A stretch of 64,000 nucleotides of DNA from an uncultured Chloroflexia bacterium (GTDB lineage Bacteria > Chloroflexota > Limnocylindria > Limnocylindrales > CSP1-4), in assembly GCA_963766735.1 (NCBI GenBank), contig CAVYBU010000008.1, positions 224,001 through 288,000 on the forward strand. Reading direction: 5' to 3'. Position numbers and translations under genes: made by a program. This document shows, in pieces, positions 50,603 through 61,333 of this stretch (the stretch's first letter is position 1; every line of letters starts with the position of its first letter). Below the pieces are notes generated by a model that was not told where the DNA came from, ran no database searches, and saw only the letters and a program-made list of their open reading frames with translations.

Positions 50603-51277
50603 GTGACCGCCATCGCCAGCTCCCTCGTCCTGCCCGGCGCCTTCCGCGCCGTTGTCTTTGACATGGACGGGCTCCTGCTCGATACGGAGCCTCTCTGGGC
50701 GCAGGCAGAGGCCGATCTGCTCGAGCGCCACGGCGATCGCCTCACTGCTGCGGACCGCGAGGCGACGCACGGCCGGGGTATCGCAGAGTCGGTGCAGATC
50801 TACGCGCAACGGCTGGGTGGCCTGGATCCCGCGCTGCTGGCGGAGGAGCTGGTGGCCCTCATGCGCGCTCAGTACGAAACCGGGCCCGGGATGCTTCCCG
50901 GAGCAGAGGCGTTGGTCCGGGCCCTGGAGGGCCGGGTGCGGCTGGGCGTGGCGTCGAGCACGGCCGGACCTCTCGTCCGCCTGGCCCTGGAGCGGACGGG
51001 CCTGCTCGACGCGTTCGAGGTCGTCACGTCCGGGGCGGACCTGGGGCGGTCGAAGCCGTTTCCGGACGCCTACCTCGAGGCATGCCGCCTGCTGGACGTC
51101 CCGCCGTCGGATGCGATCGCCTTCGAGGATTCTGCGGTTGGGGTCCGGGCGGCCGTTGCGGCGGGCATGGTCGCCGTCGGGGTTCCGGACCGACCAGGCG
51201 TGGAGCCCGCGTTGTGGGCGGCCGGGGCGCACCACGTGGTTGCGTCGCTGGCGGACGTGGTGGTGTCGCCCGTCTGA
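50603..51277 (+). CDS. HAD-superfamily phosphatase
   Basis: FDMDGLLLDTE, ASS, KP.PD.Y, FEDS..G. Confidence 0.92.
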   Translation: MTAIASSLVLPGAFRAVVFDMDGLLLDTEPLWAQAEADLLERHGDRLTAADREATHGRGIAESVQIYAQRLGGLDPALLAEELVALMRAQYETGPGMLPGAEALVRALEGRVRLGVASSTAGPLVRLALERTGLLDAFEVVTSGADLGRSKPFPDAYLEACRLLDVPPSDAIAFEDSAVGVRAAVAAGMVAVGVPDRPGVEPALWAAGAHHVVASLADVVVSPV

Positions 51278-51384
51278 GGCAGGGAGGCTGGATGCCGCCC
51301 AGCCGGTCTCCACTCGCCGATCGGCTTGCCACTTCGCTCATCGACAATGAGCCCGCTGGCGCCTCTTTCCGTCTGGTCAATATC

Positions 51385-51396
51385 GAACGGATGTTC
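51385..51396. promoter_or_regulatory. LexA (SOS) box upstream of dnaE2
   Basis: GAAC-GGAT-GTTC immediately before a -10-like TAGGAT. Confidence 0.85.
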
Positions 51397-51427
51397 TAGG
51401 ATTCCGGACCCGCCCCCGGAGATCCCC

Positions 51428-54400
51428 GTGCCCCTCCCCCCGTACGCAGAGCTTCACTGTCACAGCCACTTCTCGTTCCTGGACGGGGCGTCCGCCCCCG
51501 ACGACCTGGTCGCACGGGCCGTGGAGCTGGGGCTGACGGGGCTCGCGGTCACCGATCACCAGGGGCTGTACGGTGCGGTCCGGTTCGCGAGCGCCGCGGA
51601 GGCGGCCGGGCTGCACGCGGTGATCGGGATCGAGATCGAGCTGCTCGATGCGGCGGTGGCGGACCCGGACGGGATCGCGGTTCCGGGCCGCCGGGCGTGG
51701 CGCCCGGGCCGCCGGTCGCCGGTCCGCCCCGAGGCCCCGCGTGCCGTGGAGGGTCGCCCGGCGCGGCCCCGTCCGGATCGGGCCAGGCTGCCCGGCCATC
51801 GGCAGGTGGTCAAGGAGGATCACCGGGGGATCGGGGAGGCGGAGCGAGGGCCGCACCTGGTGCTGCTGGCCCGGAATGCGATCGGCTGGCGGAGCCTGTG
51901 CCGCCTGGTGTCGCGGGCGAACCTGGCGGGGACGAAGGCGGTGCCGGCGTTCACGCACGCGCTGCTGGAGACGCACGCGGAGGGGTTGGTTGCGCTGTCG
52001 GGTTGCCGGCACGGGGAGCTGGCGCGGCGCCTGCGGGCGGGCGATCGCGAGGGGGCTCGTGCGGCGGCGGAGCGGTACGCGCGGATGTTGGGGAGCTCGG
52101 ATGCCGTCGCGACAAGCGGGTTCGCCCTGGAGCTCTCGCACCACCTGCTCCCGGACGACGACTGGCTGGCCTCGGAGACGGCGCGCCTGGCCTGTGAGCT
52201 GGGGTTGCCCGTGGTGGTGGCCAACGACGTCCACTACGCGCTCCCGGAGGATCGCGAGCTCCAGGACGTGCTGGTGGCGATCCGGCACGGGCGGACGCTG
52301 TCGGAGCTGCGGGACCTGCGCCGGCCGGACGGCGAGTCGTACCTCAAGGGAGCGGCGGAGCTGCTGGCGATGCCGCCGGGGGATGACGCCGTGGTCACGG
52401 CCGATCCGGTGCTGGCGCGGGCGTGGCGGGAGGGGATCGCGGCGTCGGTGGAGCTTGCTGCGGCGTGCCGGGTAGAGCTCGCGTTCGAGCGCTACCGCTT
52501 CCCGGGGTTCGCGGTGCCGAAGGGCGAGACACCGTTCAGCCACCTCTCCGGCCTGTGCTGGGAGGGTGCCCGACGCCGGTACCACCCGTTCACGCCGGCC
52601 GTGATGCGGCAGCTGGCCCACGAGCTGGACGTCATCGAGAAGACGGGCCTCGCCGAGTTCTTCCTCATCTGCTGGGACCTGATGCAGTTCGCCAAGTTGC
52701 GCGGGATACCGGCGCAGGGCCGCGGGAGCGCGGCGGGCTCGATCGTGGCGTACGTCCTGGGGATCGCCCGGGTGGACCCGATTCGCCACGAGCTGCTGTT
52801 CGAGCGGTTCATCAACGAGGGCAGGACGGCGTACCCGGACGTGGACATCGACTTCAGCTCCGAGCGGCGGGAGGAGGTCATCCAGTACGTGTACGGGAAG
52901 TACGGGCCCGAGCACACGGGGATGGTCTGCAACCTCGTCACGTACCGGGCGCGATCGGCGGTACGCGAGGTGGGGAACGCGCTCGGGTTCCCACGCCCGC
53001 TGGTGGACCGGGTGGCGAAGGCGCTCGAGACGCACGACAGCGTGATGGTCCGGCGGGACCTGGAGGCGGAGGGCGGGTTCGCGCAGTTCTTCGCGCGACC
53101 GGGGGAGGGGTCCGGCGCCGTGCGGGCCGCCGCCCCGGTTCCGTCAGCCCCAGTTCGGGCCGCCGCCCCGGTTCCGTCAGCCACCAGCCCGGCTGGTGGT
53201 AGCGCCGCCAGGGACGTGGCGCCCTGTCAGTCACCAACCACGCTGGTGGTAGGCGGGGAAACGGACGGCGAGCGACGCCTGGACGGCACGGAACGTATCG
53301 CTCCGAGCGTGAGCGGGGTCGCGCGAACGACTGGACGCGTCACCAGTGCCGGCACGACCAGGACGACCACCAGCCACGTTGGTAGGTGGCAGGACTCCGT
53401 GATGGAACCTGGACCGGGCGTTCGCCTGGGTGCGGTGGAGGGTGCGGCGGCGGTTGCGACGACGGCCGCGACGACGGTGGCGGGCGCGGTGGCGGGCGTG
53501 GTGGCGGGCGTGGTGGAGGGTGCGACGACGGCCGCGGCGAGGATCCGCCCCGGCGAGGACGAGGGCGGCCCCGGCGACTCCCCGGTGAGCGAGCGCTGGA
53601 TCAGGGAGGGGCCGCCGGGCCGCGCCCTGGAGATTGCCGCCCGCCTGGATCCCGAGAGCGGCGTCCTCCAGTCCGAGGCCCGCCGCCACGATCCGGCCCC
53701 GACCGATGCCCGCCACGAGCCGCAACCACCCAGGGACCCCGGCCGCCACACGGGCTCCGTGGTGGCACTCTCGGACTGGGAACGCTGGCTGGAGCTGTGC
53801 GCCCGCGTCGACGGCTTCCCCCGCCACCTGTCCATCCACAGCGGCGGCATGCTGATCACGGCAGCCCCCCTCATCGACATTGCTCCCATCGAACGAGCGA
53901 CGATGAAGGATCGCGTCGTCGTCCAGTACGACAAGCGTGACGTCGAGACGATGAAGCTGATCAAGCTCGACCTGCTCGGCCTCGGGATGCTCGCGGCCAT
54001 CGACGAGACCGTGCAACTGATCGAGCACGACTGCGCCGTCTGCCTGGACCTGGACCGGATCCCAGAGGAGATCCCGGAGGTCTTCGCCATGCTCCAGGCC
54101 GCGGACACCGTGGGCGTGTTCCAGGTGGAGAGCCGGGCGCAGATGCAGACGCTGCCGAAATCGCGTCCGGCCAGCCTGGACGACCTGGTCGTGGAGGTGG
54201 CGATCATCCGCCCAGGCCCCATCCAGGGCAACGCCGTTCACCCGTACCTGCGCCGCAAGCAGGGCCTGGAGCCGGTGACGTACCTCCACCCCAGCCTGGA
54301 GCCGATCCTTCATGACAGCCTCGGCGTGATCCTGTACCAGGAGCAGGTGATGAAGATCGCGATCGATGTCGCGGGGTTCACGCCGGCGGGTTCTGACGGG

Positions 54401-55753
54401 TTCCGGCGGGCGATGGGGACGTACCGATCCGCCCGCGAGATGGAGCAGCTCCACGCGGAGTTCGTGGACGGCTGCATCCGCGTGCAGTCGATGCCGCGTG
54501 ACGACGCCGAGGAGCTGTTCCGCAAGTGCGCCGCCTTCGCCAGCTTCGGCTTCGCCAAGAGCCACGCCGCCGCCTTCGCCCGCACCGCCTATGAATTGAG
54601 CTTCCTCAAGCTGTTCTACCCGGCGCAGTTCCTGGTCGGGCTGATCAACGCCCAGCCGATGGGGTTCTACCCGGTGGAGGTGCTGGTCAACGACGCCAAG
54701 CGCCACGGGGTCGCGGTGCTGCCGGTGGACGTCAACCGGAGCTCGCACCGCACGACGACCGAGTGGGTGGGTCGGCCCGGCTGGGTGCTGGCGGGGGCTG
54801 CCGGGGACGATGGCACGCACGATGCCGATGCCGGCGAGCCGCTGCCGGAGGGCGCGGGGATCGAGGCGAGGCCGGGGCCGGTCCGCTCCAGCGCCTGTGT
54901 GATCCCTCGTGCGGCGGCGCGCGAGCGCTGGGCGGCTGAGACGATGACCGGCTGGGGCGTGCGGCTGGGGCTGCACCTGGTGAAGGGAATCGGCGAGGAG
55001 CAGCAGGCTCGGCTGGACGCGGAGCTCGCCCGGGGTCCGTACACGAGCCTGGCGGACGTGGTGGAGCGGACCGGCCTGGCCGAGGAGGTCGTGGAGCGGC
55101 TGATCCGGGCGGGGGCGCTGGATTCGCTGGGCCGGCCCCGGCGGGAGCTGCTCTGGCAGCTGCGCGAGGTGGCGGGGGCGGCGAAGGGGCGCGTGGACGG
55201 GCGATCCATGCGGGGGGCCGCGGAGTCGAAGCGGGCCGCCGGGCGGCCGATGGACCTGCGCCTGCCGGCGACCGAGGCCCCCGCGCTGCCGCCGATCACG
55301 GAGCCGGAGCGCCTGGGCGACGCCTACGCAGTGGTGGGCCTGGATGCGCGACGACAGGCGGTGGGCCTGTTCCGGGAGGCGCTGGATCGGCTTGGCGCGG
55401 TGACGAACGCGGCCTTGGCGGACCGCGGCCCGGGGCCGGTGCTGATCGGCGGGCTGGTGGTGACGCGCCAGCACCCGATGACCGCGCGGGGAACGGTATT
55501 CCTGGCGCTGGAGGATGAGACGGGGATGGTGAACGTCACCCTCTGGCCGGACACGTGGCAGCGGCTGCGGTCCGTGGTCCGCCGCCACGCGCTGATCCTG
55601 GTGGACGGCGACCTCCAGCGGGAGGGGAACGTGGTCAACGTCATCGCACGCGGGGTGGTGCCGCTGGTGGAGGCGGCAGGAGGCGCAGGTGGCCCCGAGT
55701 CACCATCGGGCGTCAGGCAGCTGGGCCAGGCCGGGATGCGGCGCCTCGGGTAG
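51428..55753 (+). CDS. dnaE2: Error-prone DNA polymerase DnaE2/ImuC
   Basis: YAELHCHSHFSFLDG PHP domain; GRGSAAGS; YPDVDIDF; PRHLSIHSGG; FQVESRAQM; GFAKSHAAAF; NAQPMGFY; FLALEDETG. Confidence 0.96.
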   Translation: MPLPPYAELHCHSHFSFLDGASAPDDLVARAVELGLTGLAVTDHQGLYGAVRFASAAEAAGLHAVIGIEIELLDAAVADPDGIAVPGRRAWRPGRRSPVRPEAPRAVEGRPARPRPDRARLPGHRQVVKEDHRGIGEAERGPHLVLLARNAIGWRSLCRLVSRANLAGTKAVPAFTHALLETHAEGLVALSGCRHGELARRLRAGDREGARAAAERYARMLGSSDAVATSGFALELSHHLLPDDDWLASETARLACELGLPVVVANDVHYALPEDRELQDVLVAIRHGRTLSELRDLRRPDGESYLKGAAELLAMPPGDDAVVTADPVLARAWREGIAASVELAAACRVELAFERYRFPGFAVPKGETPFSHLSGLCWEGARRRYHPFTPAVMRQLAHELDVIEKTGLAEFFLICWDLMQFAKLRGIPAQGRGSAAGSIVAYVLGIARVDPIRHELLFERFINEGRTAYPDVDIDFSSERREEVIQYVYGKYGPEHTGMVCNLVTYRARSAVREVGNALGFPRPLVDRVAKALETHDSVMVRRDLEAEGGFAQFFARPGEGSGAVRAAAPVPSAPVRAAAPVPSATSPAGGSAARDVAPCQSPTTLVVGGETDGERRLDGTERIAPSVSGVARTTGRVTSAGTTRTTTSHVGRWQDSVMEPGPGVRLGAVEGAAAVATTAATTVAGAVAGVVAGVVEGATTAAARIRPGEDEGGPGDSPVSERWIREGPPGRALEIAARLDPESGVLQSEARRHDPAPTDARHEPQPPRDPGRHTGSVVALSDWERWLELCARVDGFPRHLSIHSGGMLITAAPLIDIAPIERATMKDRVVVQYDKRDVETMKLIKLDLLGLGMLAAIDETVQLIEHDCAVCLDLDRIPEEIPEVFAMLQAADTVGVFQVESRAQMQTLPKSRPASLDDLVVEVAIIRPGPIQGNAVHPYLRRKQGLEPVTYLHPSLEPILHDSLGVILYQEQVMKIAIDVAGFTPAGSDGFRRAMGTYRSAREMEQLHAEFVDGCIRVQSMPRDDAEELFRKCAAFASFGFAKSHAAAFARTAYELSFLKLFYPAQFLVGLINAQPMGFYPVEVLVNDAKRHGVAVLPVDVNRSSHRTTTEWVGRPGWVLAGAAGDDGTHDADAGEPLPEGAGIEARPGPVRSSACVIPRAAARERWAAETMTGWGVRLGLHLVKGIGEEQQARLDAELARGPYTSLADVVERTGLAEEVVERLIRAGALDSLGRPRRELLWQLREVAGAAKGRVDGRSMRGAAESKRAAGRPMDLRLPATEAPALPPITEPERLGDAYAVVGLDARRQAVGLFREALDRLGAVTNAALADRGPGPVLIGGLVVTRQHPMTARGTVFLALEDETGMVNVTLWPDTWQRLRSVVRRHALILVDGDLQREGNVVNVIARGVVPLVEAAGGAGGPESPSGVRQLGQAGMRRLG
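53119..53182 (+). repeat. 33-bp-period tandem duplication inside the DnaE2 insertion
   Basis: VRAAAPVPSA encoded twice (CGGGCCGCCGCCCCGGTTCCGTCAGCC x2). Confidence 0.85.
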
Positions 55754-55839
55754 GGATCCTGGGCGTGCTCAGGGCCGCGCTCGGGCGCGTTCTTCCGCGT
55801 TCGGACGCGGTCAATCGCGCCGGCCGACGGCGCGGAGGA

Positions 55840-56583
55840 TCAGCGGCGCGCGGACGAGCTGGCGGTCTTCTGGCGCGGCTTCGCCTTGCCCTGCTGCTGG
55901 CGCGCCTTGTTGCGGTTCGGGTTGGCCAGGTCCAGGAACCGGCGGTACCAGGCGGCCGCCGAGGCGAACAGGGCGGCGCCCACCGGGGAGAGCATCGCGG
56001 CGGAGGCGATCGCCGTGCCGGCCGGCTCGCCTGCCGTGAGCAGCTTGCCCGACGGGCTCGACAGCACCACGGCGTAGCAGGCGGCAGCGATGATCCCGAA
56101 CACGAGCCCACCCAGCCAGCTCGCGCGCTTGGCCGTGAAGCCGATCAGGAACGCGCCGGCCATGGGCGGCGGCACGATGAGCATCGAGATGACGGTGTAC
56201 GAGATGCTCGAGACGGTGTCGAGGCTCTTGCCGGCCAGCGGCTCCGGATCGCTGAAGTTGATCGATGACGCGAACTCGTTGGTCGAGATGATGAACACCG
56301 CGGAAGCGGCGACGGTGATCGCGATGGCGGCCAGCACGCCCCAGTGCGTCAGGACCTTGGGGGCTGCCAGGAGGTCGCCACGCAGGTCGAGCGGGCGATA
56401 GGCAGCCTTGAACGACGCCACGATCCCGGGCCGCGCCTGCGTGGACGTCTGCGATGCGGCCCCCTTGCCCTTGGCCGGAGCAGTCTCGGCATCCGCAACG
56501 GCTGCGGGTTCGGCCAGCGCGGCCTGCTCGGCCCGGTGTCGGCGACGGGCAGCGGTGCGATCGGTGCGCTTGGCGCGAGCCAC
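55840..56583 (-). CDS. Hypothetical membrane protein
   Basis: RBS GGAGGAG; basic N- and C-termini; 4 TM helices. Confidence 0.75.
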   Translation of the reverse strand: MARAKRTDRTAARRRHRAEQAALAEPAAVADAETAPAKGKGAASQTSTQARPGIVASFKAAYRPLDLRGDLLAAPKVLTHWGVLAAIAITVAASAVFIISTNEFASSINFSDPEPLAGKSLDTVSSISYTVISMLIVPPPMAGAFLIGFTAKRASWLGGLVFGIIAAACYAVVLSSPSGKLLTAGEPAGTAIASAAMLSPVGAALFASAAAWYRRFLDLANPNRNKARQQQGKAKPRQKTASSSARR

Positions 56584-56744
56584 AAACTCCTCCTGTCGAG
56601 CGGTGCCGCAGCGCGTTGTCGGCAGATGCGGGCCGGTGCATCGTACCGGGTCCCAGCATCCCGGGCTAAGCGACGCGTAAGTGAGGCCCCGTAGGCTGCT
56701 GTCCCTGCTCACCCTGCCGATCACGCCCGCCGCGGAGGTCCTCG

Positions 56745-59700
56745 ATGGCGCGTGTCCGGTTCGCGGCGTCTGCCGCACTCACCCTGTTCATGGTGCTCGG
56801 GCTGAGCGCCCGTGGGCCGTCGCTTGCTGCAGCCTTGCCGGAGGCTGCTCCTGTGGCTGCCGCCAGCTGGCCCGCATCCTCCACGCTGGTCATCGCGGAG
56901 GTCGTGACCGGCGGCGTGTCGGCCTCTGACGAGTTCGTGGAGCTGTACAACGCGTCGACATCGTCCGTCGACCTGGTCGGGCTGGAGGTGGCGTACGTCA
57001 CGAGCTCCGGGGCCACGGCCACGCGGAAGGTGGCGTGGACGGGTTCGGTCACGGTGGAGGCCGGCCGGCACGTGTTGCTGGCAAACGCGCTCGGGGTGCA
57101 CGCCGGTACGGCGGACGCGACCTGGTCCGGCGGGCTCGCCGCGACTGGTGGAACGCTCGTGTTGCGGCCGATCGGGGGCGAGCCGCTCGACGCAGTCGGT
57201 TGGGGTGACGCGGCGAACGTGTTCGTCGAGGGGACGGCGGCAGCGGCGCCCGCAGCGGGCATGTCGATCGAGCGATTGCCCGGCGGCACGCTCGGCAACG
57301 GCACGGACACGAACCACAATGCGGCGGATCTCGTGGTGAACGCGGCGCCGGTCCGCCAGGGTCTCACGGCGGATCCGACCCCCGCACCGACACCGGTCCC
57401 GACCCCCACGCCGACACCGGTCCCGACCCCCACGCCGGTCCCGACGCCGGCCCCCACGCCGACCCCCGCACCGACGCCGGCCCCGACCCCCACGCCGACG
57501 CCGACCCCCACGCCGACCCCCGCACCGACGCCGGCCCCGACCCCCACGCCCACGCCGACCCCCACGCCGACCCCCGCACCGACGCCGGCCCCGACCCCCA
57601 CGCCCACGCCGACCCCCACGCCGACGCCGGATCCACTGTTGCCCATCGAGGCGCTTCGGGCCCTGCCCAACGGGACCATCGTGTCTACCGAGGGGGTGCT
57701 CACCACGGATCTCGGCGCCCTCGAGGGCGGGCTGACCGGGTTTGTTCAGGACGCGACGGCGGGGGTAGCGGTCCACCTGGACGTGCCGCTCGTGCCGACG
57801 CTCCCCGCCGGGACGGTCGTCAGGCTCCATGGGACCCTCGACGAGCGGTACGCGCTGCGCGTCCTGCGCGTTGCCGCGGCCGACGTGGTCGCGACGGGGT
57901 CCGGCTCGCTCCCGGAAGCGGTGCCCGCCACGACCGGCCAGGCGGCCGAGCCGCTGGAGGGTCGACGGATCGTGCTTGCCGGCGCGGTGACCGAGACGCC
58001 GACCGCGATGGCCGATGGGCTGGGGCTGATGCTCGACGACGGAAGCGGGCCGATCCGGGTGATCGTCGGTCCGGTGGCTCTGGGCACCGCCGCCCCTCGC
58101 ACAGGGGACCGGGTCACTGCCACCGGCCCGCTCGGTCAGCGCGACAGCAGCGGGACGGGGCTCACCGGGTACCGGCTCCAGGCGTCGCTGGCTGACGAGC
58201 TGACGGTGCTCCCGCCTCCGACGCCTTCGCCCAGCCCTTCGCCCACCCCGTCGCCGGATCCCACGCCCACACCGTCAGCCACCCCGTCGCCGTCGGCCGA
58301 ACCCTCCGCAACCGCCACCCCATCCGCGTCGCCGTCACCGAGCGTCGGCCCCACGCACTCACCGACGCCATCCCCGAACCCCACGGTCGTGACGGTCGCC
58401 GCGGCCCGCCTCGTCGCACCGGGAAGTACTGTCGTCACCCGCGGCGTGGTGGTCGCGGAGGCCGGGCGCCTTGGGACACCCCCGCTGTTCGCCATCGATG
58501 ACACGACGGGCGGCATCGTGATCCACCTTGCCGATGGCCAGGCGGTTCCGCCGCGCGGAACCCTGGTCGAGGTCCGGGGCGCCATCGCCGTGCCGTTCGG
58601 CCAGACGGAGATCCGTCCCACCCCCACCGGGCTGTCGATCCTCGGCACAGGCGTGCTGCCCGTCCCCATGGCCCTCGAAGCCGGGGCCGCGGGCGAGACC
58701 GTCGAGGGCAGGCTCGTGATCGTGACAGGCACGATCACCACCTCGGCATCCAGGGCCACCAGCGGCGACCTGTCGCTCACGATCACCGGGGAGGACGGGG
58801 CCACCCTCCGCGTCATGGCCGATCGCGCAGCCGGACTCGACGCGGCTGTCCTGCGCAAGGGCGCCATCGGAACCTTCACCGGCATCGTCGGTCAGCGGGC
58901 GTCCCGCAAGGGAGCGCTCGACGGCTACCGCGTCTGGCTCCGGGACCGCGCGGATGTTGTGCTGGTCCCCGCCGGCAGCGCATCCCCGGCCACATCCCCG
59001 CCCGCCGGCTCCTCTGCCGGCGCCTCGGCTGCCGCGCCCCTGGTCACGATCGCCGCTGCCCGCGTCCGCGAGGGGCGGGAGGTGACCGTCGAGGGAATCC
59101 TGACCGTGGACACCACGCTGCTCGATGCGAGCGCACGACGCACGATCGTGGAGGACTCGACGGGCGCGATCGAGGTGTATCTCTCGGGACCGGATGCGGC
59201 CGTCAAGGCGGGTCGTCGTGTCCGGGTCACAGGGACCGTCGGCCGGGCGTGGGGTGCGCCGCGCCTGCGCGCGGACGATGTTCGGGTGCTCGGCGAGCGG
59301 GCGCCCACCGCGCATTCGCTGGCCATCGCGCCCGGCGCTGCAACGGAGTGGCGCCTGGTCCGCGTGCGCGGCACGATCGTGGACGTCCACCGGTCCGGGG
59401 ACCGCTGGCAGGCGGAGCTGCAGATTGGCCGCACCCGGATCCTGGTGGCCGGGCTTCCGGGCAGCGGCATCGCGGTGGCCGCGGTCACCAAGGGACGAAC
59501 GGCGACCGTCACGGGCATCGTGAAGCGACCGTACCCGACGGCGACCGACCGACGGTATGCCGTCCTCCCCAGGCGGCCCTCGGACCTCGTGCTCGGTGCG
59601 GAGGCCGCCGCGTCACCCGGCTCTGCGGCGGTCGGCGTCACGGGGCAAGGGCGCGGCGGGAAGGCCGAGATCCCGCTCGCGGACGGGGCGCCGGCGCACG

Positions 59701-60290
59701 CCCCGGACGTGGACCTCGCAGATCTTGCGGCACACGCGGGCCGGGAGGTTCACGTGGGCGGGCTCGTGACCGCGGTCGAGGAAGCGGGTATCCGCCTGGA
59801 CGATGGGACGGCGAATGCCCGCATCGTGCTGGCGGCCGCGGCAGCGGATCTGCTCCCGGTCCTGCGTCCCGGCGACGCGGTCAACGCCACGGGAGTGGTC
59901 GAGATCGGCGACGCGGCCCGGAACGAGACCGTGGTGGTCGTCTCGGATCCGTCATCCGTCGCGCTTCTGGGCGATCTGGGCTCAGCCGACGATCCGGGCG
60001 CCGCCGCCGGCGACGCCGTCCTCGAGGCGGGGACGAGCCTCGCGACCCAGCCCGACGGTGCCGCCGCAGCGGACTCGGTCGTCTCGGACACTGAACGCAG
60101 CACGGTTCTCGGCGCGGCCTCGGCGGTCATGGTCACGCTGGGCATCACCGGGCTCATCGCCGGGGTGGCAGCACTCGTCCGCCGCCGCCGTTCGAAGCGC
60201 CTGCTCCGGTCCCGGATCGTCGCCCGGCTGGACGCCATCGTCGGCCCCGGCACCCACCCTGCCAGTCCTGTTCGGGACGCCCTGGCGTGA
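56745..60290 (+). CDS. Large surface protein with lamin-tail domain, Pro/Thr linkers, multiple OB-fold-like domains and C-terminal TM
   Basis: Signal peptide; [19 protein letters not shown]; repeated FVQDATAG / LDDGSG / IDDTTGG / VEDSTGAI / LDDGTA units; TM followed by RRRRSKR. Confidence 0.82.
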   Translation: MARVRFAASAALTLFMVLGLSARGPSLAAALPEAAPVAAASWPASSTLVIAEVVTGGVSASDEFVELYNASTSSVDLVGLEVAYVTSSGATATRKVAWTGSVTVEAGRHVLLANALGVHAGTADATWSGGLAATGGTLVLRPIGGEPLDAVGWGDAANVFVEGTAAAAPAAGMSIERLPGGTLGNGTDTNHNAADLVVNAAPVRQGLTADPTPAPTPVPTPTPTPVPTPTPVPTPAPTPTPAPTPAPTPTPTPTPTPTPAPTPAPTPTPTPTPTPTPAPTPAPTPTPTPTPTPTPDPLLPIEALRALPNGTIVSTEGVLTTDLGALEGGLTGFVQDATAGVAVHLDVPLVPTLPAGTVVRLHGTLDERYALRVLRVAAADVVATGSGSLPEAVPATTGQAAEPLEGRRIVLAGAVTETPTAMADGLGLMLDDGSGPIRVIVGPVALGTAAPRTGDRVTATGPLGQRDSSGTGLTGYRLQASLADELTVLPPPTPSPSPSPTPSPDPTPTPSATPSPSAEPSATATPSASPSPSVGPTHSPTPSPNPTVVTVAAARLVAPGSTVVTRGVVVAEAGRLGTPPLFAIDDTTGGIVIHLADGQAVPPRGTLVEVRGAIAVPFGQTEIRPTPTGLSILGTGVLPVPMALEAGAAGETVEGRLVIVTGTITTSASRATSGDLSLTITGEDGATLRVMADRAAGLDAAVLRKGAIGTFTGIVGQRASRKGALDGYRVWLRDRADVVLVPAGSASPATSPPAGSSAGASAAAPLVTIAAARVREGREVTVEGILTVDTTLLDASARRTIVEDSTGAIEVYLSGPDAAVKAGRRVRVTGTVGRAWGAPRLRADDVRVLGERAPTAHSLAIAPGAATEWRLVRVRGTIVDVHRSGDRWQAELQIGRTRILVAGLPGSGIAVAAVTKGRTATVTGIVKRPYPTATDRRYAVLPRRPSDLVLGAEAAASPGSAAVGVTGQGRGGKAEIPLADGAPAHAPDVDLADLAAHAGREVHVGGLVTAVEEAGIRLDDGTANARIVLAAAAADLLPVLRPGDAVNATGVVEIGDAARNETVVVVSDPSSVALLGDLGSADDPGAAAGDAVLEAGTSLATQPDGAAAADSVVSDTERSTVLGAASAVMVTLGITGLIAGVAALVRRRRSKRLLRSRIVARLDAIVGPGTHPASPVRDALA
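57375..57630 (+). repeat. Pro-Thr coding tandem repeat
   Basis: About 40 PT/PA/PV dipeptides (CCGACC/CCCACG) with higher-order repeats. Confidence 0.9.
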
Positions 60291-60331
60291 GCCCGGTGCG
60301 CCCCACACGGCTCCCTCGTGCGCAGGACGGC

Positions 60332-60361
60332 TTGACGCTCGTGGAATCAGGCGCCTATCCT
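60332..60361 (+). promoter_or_regulatory. Probable sigma-70 promoter of the nucleoside phosphorylase
   Basis: TTGACG-N18-TATCCT. Confidence 0.5.
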
Positions 60362-60410
60362 CGGGCGCAGCGCACGCCGGGTGAGCGTGAGGCATCGAGG
60401 GAGCGAGCTC

Positions 60411-61256
60411 TTGCAGAACGCGGATATCCGCGTCGCGACCCCCGCCGGCGAGCGGCAGTACCACATCGGACTCGGGCCGGGCGAGCTCGCCGACTACATC
60501 CTGCTTCCGGGCGACCAGGACCGGGTCGACAAGGTTGCCGCGCACTTCGACGAGGTCGAGATGCGCCACCGCAACCGGGAGTTCGCCTCGGCGACCGGCA
60601 CCTACAAGGGCCTCCGCGTCTCGTGCGTCTCAACGGGTATCGGCACCGACAACATTGAGATCGTGCTCGCCGAGATCCTCGCCCTGGTCCAGCGCCCGAC
60701 GTTCATCCGGATCGGCTCCTGCGGTGGCCTCCAGCCCAACATGGGCCTGGGTGACCTCGTGATCTCGACCGGGTCCGTCCGCATGGAGACCACGACCAAC
60801 TGGTTCGTCCACGACGGCTACCCGGCCGTTGCCGACTACGAGGCCGTGCTGTCGCTCGTCGAGGCGGCCGAGCGGGTGGGCCAGCCGTACCACCTCGGGA
60901 TCACGGCGACAGCGCCCGGCTTCTACGGTGCGCAGGGGCGCCCGATCCCCCACCTTCCCATCCGCTACCCTGACCTCGCGGAAGAGATGTCCCGCCAGGG
61001 CATCCTCAACTTCGAGATGGAGGCGTCGGCCGTCTTCGTGCTCGCGGGACTCGCTGGGTGTCGTTCCGGTGTCGTGTGCACCGTCTACTCCAGCCGCGTG
61101 ACCGGCGAGTTCGTGGAAGGGGACGTCAAGGATAGGGCGGAGGCCGCCGTGGTGGAGACGGGGCTCGAGAGCCTCCTGATCCTCGCGGCGCTCGACCGCC
61201 AGAAATCGATGGCCGGGGCGGCGCGCTGGCGCCCGTCGCTTTGGACCCCAGCATGA
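60411..61256 (+). CDS. Uridine phosphorylase-like nucleoside phosphorylase
   Basis: YHIGL, LPGD..RV, NREF, STGIG, IRIGSCG, FYGAQGR, NFEME. Confidence 0.9.
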   Translation: MQNADIRVATPAGERQYHIGLGPGELADYILLPGDQDRVDKVAAHFDEVEMRHRNREFASATGTYKGLRVSCVSTGIGTDNIEIVLAEILALVQRPTFIRIGSCGGLQPNMGLGDLVISTGSVRMETTTNWFVHDGYPAVADYEAVLSLVEAAERVGQPYHLGITATAPGFYGAQGRPIPHLPIRYPDLAEEMSRQGILNFEMEASAVFVLAGLAGCRSGVVCTVYSSRVTGEFVEGDVKDRAEAAVVETGLESLLILAALDRQKSMAGAARWRPSLWTPA

Positions 61257-61333
61257 GCGCCAGACCCTAGCGACCACGCGGACTCGAGAGGCGTGCTCTC
61301 GTGACGCGGATTGCGTGAGGAGGATCGAACCCC

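Noticed and set aside
53100-53770. Possible intein in DnaE2
   Set aside because: No C-terminal His-Asn plus Cys/Ser/Thr junction and no LAGLIDADG or HINT motifs; the insert is low complexity
57375-57630. Possible CRISPR array or non-coding tandem repeat
   Set aside because: No unique spacers; it is an in-frame Pro-Thr linker, and no cas genes are present
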